From: an uncultured virus (IMG/VR IMGVR_UViG_3300031612_000006)
Taxonomy: Duplodnaviria; Heunggongvirae; Uroviricota; Caudoviricetes; Crassvirales
Length of the DNA: 20,000 bases
Reading direction: 5' to 3' (one strand)
Virus record (IMG/VR): IMGVR_UViG_3300031612_000006
How positions within the stretch are numbered: position 1 is the stretch's first letter; each line of letters starts with the position of its first letter. Shown in pieces: positions 1-9,093 of the stretch. Below the pieces are notes generated by a model. The model did not search any database. It worked only from the letters and a program-made list of their open reading frames with translations, and had not been told where the DNA came from. The position numbers and the translations under genes were made by a program.

Positions 1-1126
1 TAAGTGGATTTGTCTTTAGTATTTGTATAGGGTTAGTTATCCCAGAAACCCTTGATGACTTACCATCTGTAGTAACCAACCTATAACAGTAAGAATGAGA
101 ACCACAACTAACGTTACCACCACTAACGATACCAACAACATCAGGAGCTTCTAATTGAGCAGCCTTGAATACGTTTAAATCGTTTGCAGATAAATTTGAG
201 TAATAAGAAGGTGATTCTTTTAAGTTTAAAGTCCTAAGTGGTTGCACTCCATCTGTCCAGTAAATTCTATGGAAATGCTCATTTTCTTCAGAGACCTCCA
301 TTCTAATAGATGTCTTATCCACTAAACCTAAATTAGCCTGAAGCATTAGTGTTCGTGAATAAAGACTACCGTCCGTGTTTTGAGTGAATTTAAATATAGC
401 ATCATCTCCACCACCATTAGATGAGGTGGTTATAGCAATCATGTAATCAGAGAAATTAGCTAATGCAACAACATCGTAAATAACAGCAGGATAAGAAATT
501 GCAGTATACCCATTAACAATCGCTAAAGGGAAGTAGTCATAAACAAAATCAGAATTTTCTACATAACCTATATACGCACTAAAGCTTAATGTAATAGCTG
601 TACTACCAGGACTACTGTATGTTACACTGTAAGAGTCGTCCTCGTTAGCAGAGAATGATATACTAGTAGCGTCAGACACAGACTCACTAGCTAAAGCCAT
701 TTGAACACACGCAACTACGAAAATTGAATCAGGTGTTATTCCAGATAAATCAACAACGTAACCTTCGAATAGACCAGCCCAAGAACCTAACGCTTCACCT
801 ACAACAAAAGAGAAGGTTTCTGTAACAAAACCATTATCACCACTTACAGTAAGCTGAAAGCCACTAAAGGTAGCTGAAGGTAGGTTAACTATATCAGAGT
901 TTTCTAATATTGAAGAATCAGAGAAAGTTACTACTTGCTCGCTTATGTTTATAGTATCAAATACAGAGTTTCCTTCAGCGTTCTTTAAAACAAATGAATC
1001 ATCCTCTCTACTTATAAGTCTAGCGTTTGTTGCTGATTTATAGTTTTCAGCAGGTATTATGTTAGCATCTAAATCGGACATCATTCCCTTAGAGAATGAA
1101 TTCGGTTTCTTAGGAGATTGAGCCAT
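1..1126 (-). CDS. Tail stabilisation/muzzle protein (P22 gp10-like, crAss-type), partial, runs off window start
   Basis: Not in the ORF track because it is truncated. Manual translation from ATG at 1126 gives MAQSPKKPNSFSKGMMSDLDANIIPAENYKSATNARLISREDDSFVLKNAEGN, and later IYWTDGVQPLRTLN. The F-x-KGM-x-x-D...Y..A.NAR N-terminus and the position after the tail tubular gene are typical of crAss-like phages. Confidence 0.8.
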   Translation of the reverse strand, partial: MAQSPKKPNSFSKGMMSDLDANIIPAENYKSATNARLISREDDSFVLKNAEGNSVFDTINISEQVVTFSDSSILENSDIVNLPSATFSGFQLTVSGDNGFVTETFSFVVGEALGSWAGLFEGYVVDLSGITPDSIFVVACVQMALASESVSDATSISFSANEDDSYSVTYSSPGSTAITLSFSAYIGYVENSDFVYDYFPLAIVNGYTAISYPAVIYDVVALANFSDYMIAITTSSNGGGDDAIFKFTQNTDGSLYSRTLMLQANLGLVDKTSIRMEVSEENEHFHRIYWTDGVQPLRTLNLKESPSYYSNLSANDLNVFKAAQLEAPDVVGIVSGGNVSCGSHSYCYRLVTTDGKSSRVSGITNPIQILKTNPL

Positions 1127-1128
1127 TG

Positions 1129-1710
1129 TTAAAACAATTTACGTTCGTTACTAATAGGTTTAAGCGTGTTCCAGTATTTGCTTATAGCTCTCCACTGTTG
1201 CTTGGTAGGCATGTTATCCTTACCTCTAGCTTGAGCACACTGATAAGACCACTCCTTCTTAAGGTCTTGATATACATACCTAGGGAGTTTTTGGTTGTAG
1301 TAATCTTTAGCTTTATATTTGTACATTATATAACTAGCAATAGCGTCTTCGTGGTTACTATTAATAGTAGGGTAACCATCGTTATCAGTGGAGATTGCAT
1401 CGTAATGAATATCATACTTGCCATCAGCCACATCTGCATGCACGTAACCTCCTGATATGTAGAAGTTTACATTATCCCATCCTGGTATTTCTATTATGTT
1501 AAGTAAATCATCTGGAAGTAATGCTCTTTTATCTACTACAGATAACGATAAAATCTTTTTATCAAAAGTAGTGTACGAGCCTATTTTCTTTTCAGCCTCA
1601 AAAGCCCACTCCACGAAATGGTGGAAGTTGGCAGCAGCATCTTGTATACCTAAATTTCTTATAACTGCGGATACAATTTGCTTAACACTTATCCTTGGTT
1701 GTCCTTTCAT
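1129..1710 (-). CDS. Tail tubular/ring protein (P22 gp4-like)
   Basis: 193 aa with EWAFEAEKKIG, ALLPDDL and DGYPTI...AIASYIMYK motifs. Lies between the IHF-like gene and the stabilisation gene, as in the crAss-like module. Confidence 0.7.
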   Translation of the reverse strand: MKGQPRISVKQIVSAVIRNLGIQDAAANFHHFVEWAFEAEKKIGSYTTFDKKILSLSVVDKRALLPDDLLNIIEIPGWDNVNFYISGGYVHADVADGKYDIHYDAISTDNDGYPTINSNHEDAIASYIMYKYKAKDYYNQKLPRYVYQDLKKEWSYQCAQARGKDNMPTKQQWRAISKYWNTLKPISNERKLF

Positions 1711-1721
1711 CTTGACGTTAT

Positions 1722-2165
1722 TTAATTTTGTTTTATAGATTCCTTAAACCGCCTTAAAGGTAACACTTTATATTTGCCGTATTTGTAAGGTCTATCCCAA
1801 GCAACCTTAGTGTATTCGTCGTCTAAGATTGGTACTTTAACGTAGATAGGCTTATTAGCCTCATTACTACTCTTGTTATCCAACCTAACATGGAAGGGTC
1901 TTTTGTGCGGTAATTTCTTTAGGTAAACCTTACCCAGCTTTCCAGGTAATTTAAACACCTCTTGCTCTTTAACTACGACATTCAGAACCTCATCAAGGTA
2001 AGCTTCGAGTATAGAGTAGTACTCGCTATATTCTAGCATCCTAGTCCCTCTCTCGCTTTTAACCCTAATGCAATTCTTAGTGGAATTGTATATATCCTTA
2101 ACGGTCACATACTTATCCTTATATTTCTTTATATTACTTAGGCTTACTAGTTGTCTGTTTTTCAT
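1722..2165 (-). CDS. IHF/HU-like basic DNA-binding protein
   Basis: 147 aa and basic. A helical segment followed by FKLPGKLGKVYLKK resembles the HU/IHF beta-arm entry. An IHF-like gene at this position is conserved in crAss-like phages. Confidence 0.6.
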   Translation of the reverse strand: MKNRQLVSLSNIKKYKDKYVTVKDIYNSTKNCIRVKSERGTRMLEYSEYYSILEAYLDEVLNVVVKEQEVFKLPGKLGKVYLKKLPHKRPFHVRLDNKSSNEANKPIYVKVPILDDEYTKVAWDRPYKYGKYKVLPLRRFKESIKQN

Positions 2166-2778
2166 CTACCTGATTGTTTGGACCCGCAGAAGTTATTGCA
2201 GATATTACACTAAACTCTATTTTTAAGATGTTCTGTACAAGAATAGAAATCAATTCATCAGGCATAGGATAAGGCGTTGTATTATCATCAACATAAGAAC
2301 TAACTTCTGTTGGGTTTGAAAATATAGCATTAACCTCTAAAAGACCTCCAGAATAAATGGACTCACCTTCCCACACGTATAACTTCCTATCAGAGATGGT
2401 AGCTATTTTAGAGCTGGACTTCTTAATAAACCTAGATTCATTAACGAATGCTCTGTCGTGATGGTTTACGATTGGTAATATAACGAATTCAGAGTCCGTA
2501 CTGGAGTCTTCTTGTAAAGAGATACTTCGTATAGCCCTATCGTTATTAAAGCCCACAAACGGCTTTAAATCAACCCCATTAGCCTTAGATATTATTTTAT
2601 CCACTTGAAAGCTAGCGTTAGATGATTTCCTACCAGCATCAGTGTAACTTATAAGTAAGTTAGCTCTGTGGTAATGAATCATAAACTTAATCTGTCTGAG
2701 CGATAAATCTGTATCGTCAGAACCTATACCGCCAGAAGCGACGTTACGTATGTTGTAAGCTATTTCGTTTAGAGTCAT
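2134..2778 (-). CDS. Conserved crAss-like structural (tail ring) protein
   Basis: 214 aa with MTLNEIAYNIR...DDTDLSLRQIKFMIHYHRANLL and C-terminal YPMPDELISILVQNIL. Syntenic with the crAss capsid-tail block. Confidence 0.65.
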   Translation of the reverse strand: MTLNEIAYNIRNVASGGIGSDDTDLSLRQIKFMIHYHRANLLISYTDAGRKSSNASFQVDKIISKANGVDLKPFVGFNNDRAIRSISLQEDSSTDSEFVILPIVNHHDRAFVNESRFIKKSSSKIATISDRKLYVWEGESIYSGGLLEVNAIFSNPTEVSSYVDDNTTPYPMPDELISILVQNILKIEFSVISAITSAGPNNQVDEKQTTSKPK

Positions 2779-2790
2779 AGTCTTTTAATG

Positions 2791-2828
2791 AAAGAGGGGC
2801 GAGGCAGGCAGAACCTACGTCACCCCTC
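2791..2828 (-). terminator. Long GC-rich intergenic hairpin (weak terminator or processing stem)
   Basis: Minus-strand RNA GAGGGGUGA-C-GUAGGU-UCU-GCCUGC-C-UCGCCCCUC followed by only UUU. G-U pairs favour the minus strand. Confidence 0.55.
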
Positions 2829-2858
2829 AGTTGAGAAAGCAGGGAGCAAAAAGCATCT

Positions 2859-3476
2859 TTAACCTCGTCTATCCGTTATCTCCGCTTGGAGGATTTGGAA
2901 TCTTGGGTCTCCCAATGTAGCCAAGACTTTACGAGCAGCAATCTGACACACTTCTTCGTGTGTATGAAGGCTTAAATCTTCTATATTCGTTGTGTACTTT
3001 AAATACTTAACAATCAAATTCTTAGTTCCTTCCCATCCTCTAAAGAATAAATAACCCATCTGCTCGTAAGCTATAGGGTATTCTTCATTGACTAGGTTGA
3101 ACGGGTCGTTACTATAAGCTCCTAAATCTGACAACTGAATAATCTTAACAGAAGTATGAGGTTCTTCAGTGTAATGAATAGCAAGCAACTTAGAATAAGG
3201 GTAGTCAAACTGAGTGTCAGGAGTTTGCCAATCAAGACTACCAGCTGACTCCATATCAACCTGAGGACTCTTAGTACCAGCAATCAATTCAGACCTAACA
3301 AGCTTCTGTAGTTTATCTCTAGAATCTTGACTAGTCTCAAATGATAGATAATATTGTTGAGCAAACTCATCAACAGACATTTCAACAAACCCATCTATAT
3401 CAATATCTGATAAGTAGGCAGTATCCTCTCTGTCTATAATTAACCTTACTCTATTTCTAGCCTCTTCTATAGTCAT
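2859..3476 (-). CDS. Conserved crAss-like structural (head-tail ring) protein
   Basis: 205 aa with N-terminal MTIEE...IDREDTAYL..DID.F and C-terminal LSLHTHEEVCQIAARKVL. Supported by synteny. Confidence 0.65.
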   Translation of the reverse strand: MTIEEARNRVRLIIDREDTAYLSDIDIDGFVEMSVDEFAQQYYLSFETSQDSRDKLQKLVRSELIAGTKSPQVDMESAGSLDWQTPDTQFDYPYSKLLAIHYTEEPHTSVKIIQLSDLGAYSNDPFNLVNEEYPIAYEQMGYLFFRGWEGTKNLIVKYLKYTTNIEDLSLHTHEEVCQIAARKVLATLGDPRFQILQAEITDRRG

Positions 3477-3481
3477 TGTTG

Positions 3482-4156
3482 TTATTTTTTAGCAGCACCT
3501 TTAGACTTGGTTGGTTTAACTTCACCTCTGATTTCATGCTTCAATATAGCGTGAATATCTTTGTTAGCCTTCAACCAAACTAATACCTGTTCTTCGTTAG
3601 TACCAATAGCCTCTCTACCGTAGTAGAATGTATTGTTCTTAAATCCAATCTGACCGCCTTTCAATGCTTCAAGTATAAATACACGTAAATCCTTTTCAGG
3701 GTCAAACTGAGCACTCATAAATGATTCTGGATTCCTCTGAGCAACGCCAATAATCTTAGCTCTTAACACGTCAGTCTCCGCATTAAGGTTGTACCCTTTT
3801 AATCTAGCGAAATCTAATACATCTTTATCAGTCATCTTAGCGGCTTCAATAATAGCCCTTGCTGATTCTAAAGTATCTTTAGTATGCTTCTGTTCTTGAG
3901 CAGCTAAATCTGTTCTCTTCCATTCGCCTGTTAAGACAGATGGATTGTTTCTTAGGAACTCATCCATAATGACGTGACCCTCATTGTTCATATCTAAAAG
4001 AACAACAGGACTAGTCCATTTTAATTGAGCATTAGTTCCATTAATGTCTTTGTAAATCTGGTTTTTACCAGTTTTATCTTTGTAGTTAGAGAATGTATAA
4101 AACCCTAATCTTTTTGGTGAGTGAAATTCATATTTCACAAATGCATTTGCTTCCAT
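3482..4156 (-). CDS. Conserved crAss-like virion protein immediately downstream of the major capsid gene
   Basis: 224 aa with AQRNPESF and C-terminal IGTNEEQVLVWLKANKDI. Position matches the conserved gene after the MCP. Confidence 0.6.
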   Translation of the reverse strand: MEANAFVKYEFHSPKRLGFYTFSNYKDKTGKNQIYKDINGTNAQLKWTSPVVLLDMNNEGHVIMDEFLRNNPSVLTGEWKRTDLAAQEQKHTKDTLESARAIIEAAKMTDKDVLDFARLKGYNLNAETDVLRAKIIGVAQRNPESFMSAQFDPEKDLRVFILEALKGGQIGFKNNTFYYGREAIGTNEEQVLVWLKANKDIHAILKHEIRGEVKPTKSKGAAKK

Positions 4157-4181
4157 AATTTGCTTTGCTTGCTTTGTTAGT

Positions 4182-4210
4182 AAAAAAGCACACCCCCGAA
4201 GGGATGCGCT
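4182..4210 (-). terminator. Intrinsic terminator after major capsid gene
   Basis: Minus strand AGCGCAUCCC-UUCG-GGGGUGUGCU-UUUUU: 10-bp stem, C(UUCG)G tetraloop and U tract. Confidence 0.9.
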
Positions 4211-4225
4211 ATTTAATTATAATCG

Positions 4226-5725
4226 TTATACCGTTAAACCAGTTGGCTTAAGGATACCACAAGATAGTGGGTTACGAACGATGATACCAGATTGAGTCAA
4301 CCAGTGAACTTCAAACTTATCATCACCTGATGCCGCCATCATTGATTTAGAATCGTAAGGATTAATCATACCAGGAACGTATTTCTTAACGAAATTACGA
4401 TTGATACCTTCAGCTCCTTTAGTAATCAATTCAACATTTGCTACACCTTGTGTAGAACCCATGTCTAAGAATACCATTAAAGCAGATAATTTAAGCGAGT
4501 TAAATCCAGTACCAGTAATAGCCGCTGCAGAAGACGCAGTAGAAGTATAACCTGGAGCAGTTGCAATGTTCGGGTCATCAAATACTGGGCAGTGAGCTAC
4601 AGTAATTTTATTACCTAAAGCGAAGTAAGAGCTAAAGTTAGCACCCACTGAAACGTCTTGACCGAATTTATCAACTAAGATAGAAGAGTCAGAACCAGTA
4701 GAAACTAGTAAGTCTTTCATTGCTTTGTGGAATTGGATTTTCCCTTGAGTACCTGTAAATACAACATACTCATTACCTGTAGCGTTCTCAGCGTTTAGAG
4801 ATAATTGACCGATAAAGTCAAGAATAACATCTTCAGATAAATCGAAATCTCCAGCAGAACCAGTAGCTTCATTGTAAGTCAATACGTTAGCATCAGCAAT
4901 CTGAGCTAAGATACCATCACCAATAAGTGGAATTCCAGTAACAGGAGCTCCAGCACCAGAAACACCAGCACCTTCAGTATACTGAACGATAGATGTTCTA
5001 CCGAACCAACGCATAACTTCTAAGTCATACATGAATTGAGCTTCAGTTTGTTGTTCTTTAGTGAAGAACCATAGACGGTGTCCATTATGTTCTACCCAAG
5101 TAACGTCAGTTAAATCACGAGCATCAATCACTAATTTCTTACGAGAAATTGTTAACCAGTTCTTACGTGTTTCAGGATAAGAATATCCTTCACCAACATC
5201 AGCTCCGTCAGAACCTTCACCAAAAGCATTACCAATAACACCAACAATACCGCCACCAAGGACGTTAGCAGTAATAACCGATAGAGCTTTACAGGTTAAT
5301 ACAACTAAACTTGAACCTGAAACACCAGCAGATGTAACATGTGCTTGAGAACCGTCAGCTAAACGAATAATATCGTTAGCGTTAATCATACAAGGATTGG
5401 CTGTAGTATCGTCGATACTCAACTCAAAAGCTCCACCTACAGGTATTTTGTCTGTAGAGAATCCAGCCTCTTCCGAAATATCTAAATCAGCACCTTGTAA
5501 TTGTTGAGCTCTATAACGACCCATCATCTTCCATTCGAAAGAATTATCACCTAATACTTTTTCACCAGCACCGAAGCCTAGTTTTTCTAATAAGTAAGTA
5601 GTTGTATAACGAGGATACAATTCTACTACTTTCTTTGCAATCTCTGGGTATTTAAGCAAGTTTGCTACCAGGGAGTTGTCTTCTGTGTTATGTTCTGCGC
5701 TATATTTAGCACCATAAATCTTCAT
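4226..5725 (-). CDS. Major capsid protein (crAss-like)
   Basis: 499 aa, located after portal and scaffold and followed by a strong terminator. Motifs FEWKMMG, VFTGTQGKIQF, KITVAHCPVFDD and QSGIIVRNPLSCG. Confidence 0.85.
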   Translation of the reverse strand: MKIYGAKYSAEHNTEDNSLVANLLKYPEIAKKVVELYPRYTTTYLLEKLGFGAGEKVLGDNSFEWKMMGRYRAQQLQGADLDISEEAGFSTDKIPVGGAFELSIDDTTANPCMINANDIIRLADGSQAHVTSAGVSGSSLVVLTCKALSVITANVLGGGIVGVIGNAFGEGSDGADVGEGYSYPETRKNWLTISRKKLVIDARDLTDVTWVEHNGHRLWFFTKEQQTEAQFMYDLEVMRWFGRTSIVQYTEGAGVSGAGAPVTGIPLIGDGILAQIADANVLTYNEATGSAGDFDLSEDVILDFIGQLSLNAENATGNEYVVFTGTQGKIQFHKAMKDLLVSTGSDSSILVDKFGQDVSVGANFSSYFALGNKITVAHCPVFDDPNIATAPGYTSTASSAAAITGTGFNSLKLSALMVFLDMGSTQGVANVELITKGAEGINRNFVKKYVPGMINPYDSKSMMAASGDDKFEVHWLTQSGIIVRNPLSCGILKPTGLTV

Positions 5726-5765
5726 AATTTGTTTTTTTAGAAGTTATTAATAAATAGACTACAAC

Positions 5766-6803
5766 TTAATCAGATAAGAATTTGTTTGCACTAAATCCTT
5801 TAGCTGGAGTTTCATAATTATTAGATGAGCGATTACCTCTGTTAGGAGATGTTATGCCATCCAGAATTTTAGACTTCCCTTGTTCAACGCCTTGCGAACG
5901 AACCATCTTGAAAATCTTCTCTTTGTTTCGCCATAGAAAAGCAGCCTCCGCAACATTGGCATGAGACTCAAATATATCTTGGGCGAAATCACCTTTAGTT
6001 ATGTAACCGTAAAGTTGTTTCTTGTCTTTCTGTGATACCTTACCTCCGAAAAAGTCCTCTCTACCTTTGATGTAGCTTTGAAGTTCTTTTCTTGAATTAT
6101 CAGCATTCTCAGTCTTTAACTTATCGTTGTCAGCTTGCTCAGTTCTTAATCTATCCTTTTCAGAATGGATGTGCTTAGTAAGTTGACTCCTAACTAGTGT
6201 TGCTTCTCTCTTAAGAAGCCCTGCATCTTCTAGTCTATCTACAGTGTCATCTATCTCCTCTTTATCATACTTAGCTGCTCTCATATCAGCGATAACTAAA
6301 TCCTTATCAGATAGCTCTAAGTATGTATTAAGGTTATTAATAGTATCGTTATCAGCTACAGCTGGTTTGAAGGCTTCCTTCACTTTAGCTATAAAGTCTT
6401 CTTTACTAGATGCTTCTAGTCCAGCTTCCTTTCCTAGAGCTTCCCAGTTGAATTCAGCAGATTCATCTACCCCTTCAGCTTCTTCTTCTCTTGAATCATC
6501 CCAATCAGATTCTTCCTCTGCGGGCTCATTAGGCTCTTCAGTCTCTTCAGTCTCAGTTGCAGCCGCTGGCTCAACCTTTTCTTCAGTTTCTATTTCATCC
6601 CAAGAGAAGTCTCCTTCTTTTGATTCTTCAGCCGCTACTTCTGTAGCTTCGCTAGTACTTTCTGTTGCCGCTGCTTCCGTAGATTCTGTTGATTCTTCGG
6701 AAGCTCCAGCTTCACCTCCCAAGAAGGCAGACGCATCAAACGACTCCTCCTTAGCTTCCGTGTCCGAGATAATCTCTTCCACTAAATTACTTTCCTTTCC
6801 CAT
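5766..6803 (-). CDS. Acidic scaffold-like protein between portal and MCP
   Basis: 345 aa with a very Glu/Asp-rich disordered N-half and a helical C-half. Conserved position. Confidence 0.7.
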   Translation of the reverse strand: MGKESNLVEEIISDTEAKEESFDASAFLGGEAGASEESTESTEAAATESTSEATEVAAEESKEGDFSWDEIETEEKVEPAAATETEETEEPNEPAEEESDWDDSREEEAEGVDESAEFNWEALGKEAGLEASSKEDFIAKVKEAFKPAVADNDTINNLNTYLELSDKDLVIADMRAAKYDKEEIDDTVDRLEDAGLLKREATLVRSQLTKHIHSEKDRLRTEQADNDKLKTENADNSRKELQSYIKGREDFFGGKVSQKDKKQLYGYITKGDFAQDIFESHANVAEAAFLWRNKEKIFKMVRSQGVEQGKSKILDGITSPNRGNRSSNNYETPAKGFSANKFLSD

Positions 6804-6825
6804 TGTGCTTTGCTTTAAACTTTTA

Positions 6826-6833
6826 CAAATATA
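6826..6833 (-). promoter_or_regulatory. Bacteroidota sigma-A -7 element upstream of scaffold/MCP
   Basis: Minus strand TATATTTG matches TAnnTTTG, 22 nt before the ATG at 6803. No clear -33 TTG. Confidence 0.65.
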
Positions 6834-9089
6834 TTACTTTTTATCTTTATTTTTTTTGGACTCCATTTTCAAGGAGTGTTCGTTATCTACTTCTTTTTGT
6901 TGAGAGCCAAAGTCAGCCTTTATTTTCTCTAAGCTTAGTTTGTTTTTCTCTCTAGAGTCTTCAACATCTCTAGTGGCATCAGATGCTATCTCTTGAGACG
7001 CTACTCTAGCTTCAGCATTAATCTTAGCAACAGTAATGTTACCTTCGATTTCCATCTGCTTCATCTCCATTTGAGTCTGAGCCTTAGCTTGTTCAGCTTC
7101 TGCTTGAGCTTGTTGCATTTCAGCTTGCTGACTCTGAGCTTGAGCTTGTTGCTCTTGCATTGCTTCTAGTCCTTTCTCTAATACGTGCTGAGCTTCAGTC
7201 ATTGTATCTGATTTAAGAACCTTTAAAGCATCTAGTAAGCTAATAGAACCAGATTGTAATGCAGATTGAGACATTCCTTGAACTTGTTGTTTTAAAGAAT
7301 CATCTCTACCAGAGTCTCCTAAGAATATACCATAATCATTTAAGGCTACATCAGGAAGTATGTTAAGGAACTTGTATCCAGCATCACCAAATATGAATGC
7401 AGCACGCTTACCACCAGCCCAAGCTAGTTTCATTAAGTTAGCTAACCTCTCTAGTACTCTTTTCTTAACCTCATTATGGGAGAAGAACCAGCCTGCGGTT
7501 GATATAGATGACTGAGTAACAGAACGTTGCACGTTACCTACGTACTCATACTGCTCAACAGCACCTTCTCTCTGAGGAGACACTCCTGAGATTTGTCCTG
7601 CAGTCTGCTCTAACATCATCTTAAGATTTATAAGTTGCTGTATAGAATTAGACATAGTAAAATCAACTTGTTGGAATTGATTAAACGAAGCTGTATCCCC
7701 ACCCTCATCACGAGTGTTGATAGGTATAATACCATCATTTTTAAGGTGATACATAACTTCTTGCATGTCCATACCTAAGTTTGTAGGCATTTGAGACACA
7801 TCATATACTACAGCCTTACCACCAGCACGAGCCATAGTAAGTTCAATGTTGTACATAACAATATTATACAACATCTGTACGTGACGTAACGTATCAACTA
7901 GTGATGTTGGCTTACCTGTGGTGTGATTATAAACAACACCAACATAAGATAAGGAAGTAGAACCTGCATCATCAACAGAACGAACCTGATTAGGTCTTCT
8001 CCTGCAGTTAACCAGGACTTTTCCACCAATCTTAGTACCTTCCCATATATCATCAACGCATTTAGTTTCGATGTGGTCACCTTTTCTTTTTTTGTATCTA
8101 TCACCTACCAACTTTTGAAACGGTTGGTCTGGATTGTATTTATTTTCAGAGATTTTAAACTTAAGTGACTTAATAGACTTCCATTCAGCAGAGATTACTC
8201 TAATCTTAACACTTCTGTCGTCTTCTAGGTTCACCCAGTTGAACTTATCGTTCCATTTAGATATAGAATCAGGTGTAGCACCACGCATCTCTTCTAATTC
8301 ACGAACATCTTCTTCGCTTAACTCGTCTCTGTACTCGTCAATCACTTCATTTACCGCTAACCATCTCTCTTCACCCGCCCATTGAGCGTTATCCAAGAAA
8401 TCAGACTCTACAGACTTGTCATAAACAAAAGCTCTAGGGTCTACTCTACGAACATGTGGGTCACCGTCTTTAATGTACACCTTATAAAACTCTTTAGCCG
8501 TAACTAGTAAGTCTCTCATCCCTTCTTGGAATATCTTCTTCATTCCGTGTTTGTGAATGAGGTAGTCCAATCCGTCATGGATAGATTCTTCTATGATTTC
8601 CTTGTATTGGAACTTCATGAATAGGTCAATGTCGTCTGGTATAGGGAATTCTTTGTTGTCCATTTCTAACTCCATACCAAACTCATCCTCAACTTGAGAA
8701 TTAACTTCCTTAAGTAAGTCATTAGCAACTAAAGACACTTTAAACTGCTCCTTACGAAGGGCAGCCTCCATATTTACAGCATATACACTCTTATCTATAG
8801 GTCTGCTAAGGTCTTCGTTACAAAGAAGGTCAACCTTATTCCTAGTGATAGGATGGTTAGCCATTGTAGCTGGTGCAGTAGATTTATACTGGTCAGTAAC
8901 GTAGGCATAATCCTCTTCGTTAATCTCACCGTTGTATATTCTATAATTACTAGCGTCTCGTTCTGATTCACCAACAACGCCACTTACATCCCCTTTCTCT
9001 AGGGATTTAACAATAGCATCAATGTTTTTTTCGCACCAAGATTCGTCTTTTTCGTTGTCTGGTATGAATTGTTTAGGGAAGTTGCTCAT
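6834..9089 (-). CDS. Portal protein
   Basis: 751 aa directly after terminase. FPKQFIP..EKDESW N-terminus, RRVDPR, WEGTKIG, ISGVSPQREG, and a Gln/Ala-rich coiled C-terminus. Confidence 0.88.
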   Translation of the reverse strand: MSNFPKQFIPDNEKDESWCEKNIDAIVKSLEKGDVSGVVGESERDASNYRIYNGEINEEDYAYVTDQYKSTAPATMANHPITRNKVDLLCNEDLSRPIDKSVYAVNMEAALRKEQFKVSLVANDLLKEVNSQVEDEFGMELEMDNKEFPIPDDIDLFMKFQYKEIIEESIHDGLDYLIHKHGMKKIFQEGMRDLLVTAKEFYKVYIKDGDPHVRRVDPRAFVYDKSVESDFLDNAQWAGEERWLAVNEVIDEYRDELSEEDVRELEEMRGATPDSISKWNDKFNWVNLEDDRSVKIRVISAEWKSIKSLKFKISENKYNPDQPFQKLVGDRYKKRKGDHIETKCVDDIWEGTKIGGKVLVNCRRRPNQVRSVDDAGSTSLSYVGVVYNHTTGKPTSLVDTLRHVQMLYNIVMYNIELTMARAGGKAVVYDVSQMPTNLGMDMQEVMYHLKNDGIIPINTRDEGGDTASFNQFQQVDFTMSNSIQQLINLKMMLEQTAGQISGVSPQREGAVEQYEYVGNVQRSVTQSSISTAGWFFSHNEVKKRVLERLANLMKLAWAGGKRAAFIFGDAGYKFLNILPDVALNDYGIFLGDSGRDDSLKQQVQGMSQSALQSGSISLLDALKVLKSDTMTEAQHVLEKGLEAMQEQQAQAQSQQAEMQQAQAEAEQAKAQTQMEMKQMEIEGNITVAKINAEARVASQEIASDATRDVEDSREKNKLSLEKIKADFGSQQKEVDNEHSLKMESKKNKDKK

Positions 9090-9093
9090 CTTT

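Noticed and set aside
6244..6903. Plus-strand 219-aa Ser-rich ORF and other antisense ORFs (1126, 1496, 8134, 9331, 11419, 11928, 12449, 12558, 16610, 17188, 19007, 19185)
   Set aside because: These are shadows of well-supported genes on the opposite strand, and their composition mirrors the sense codons.
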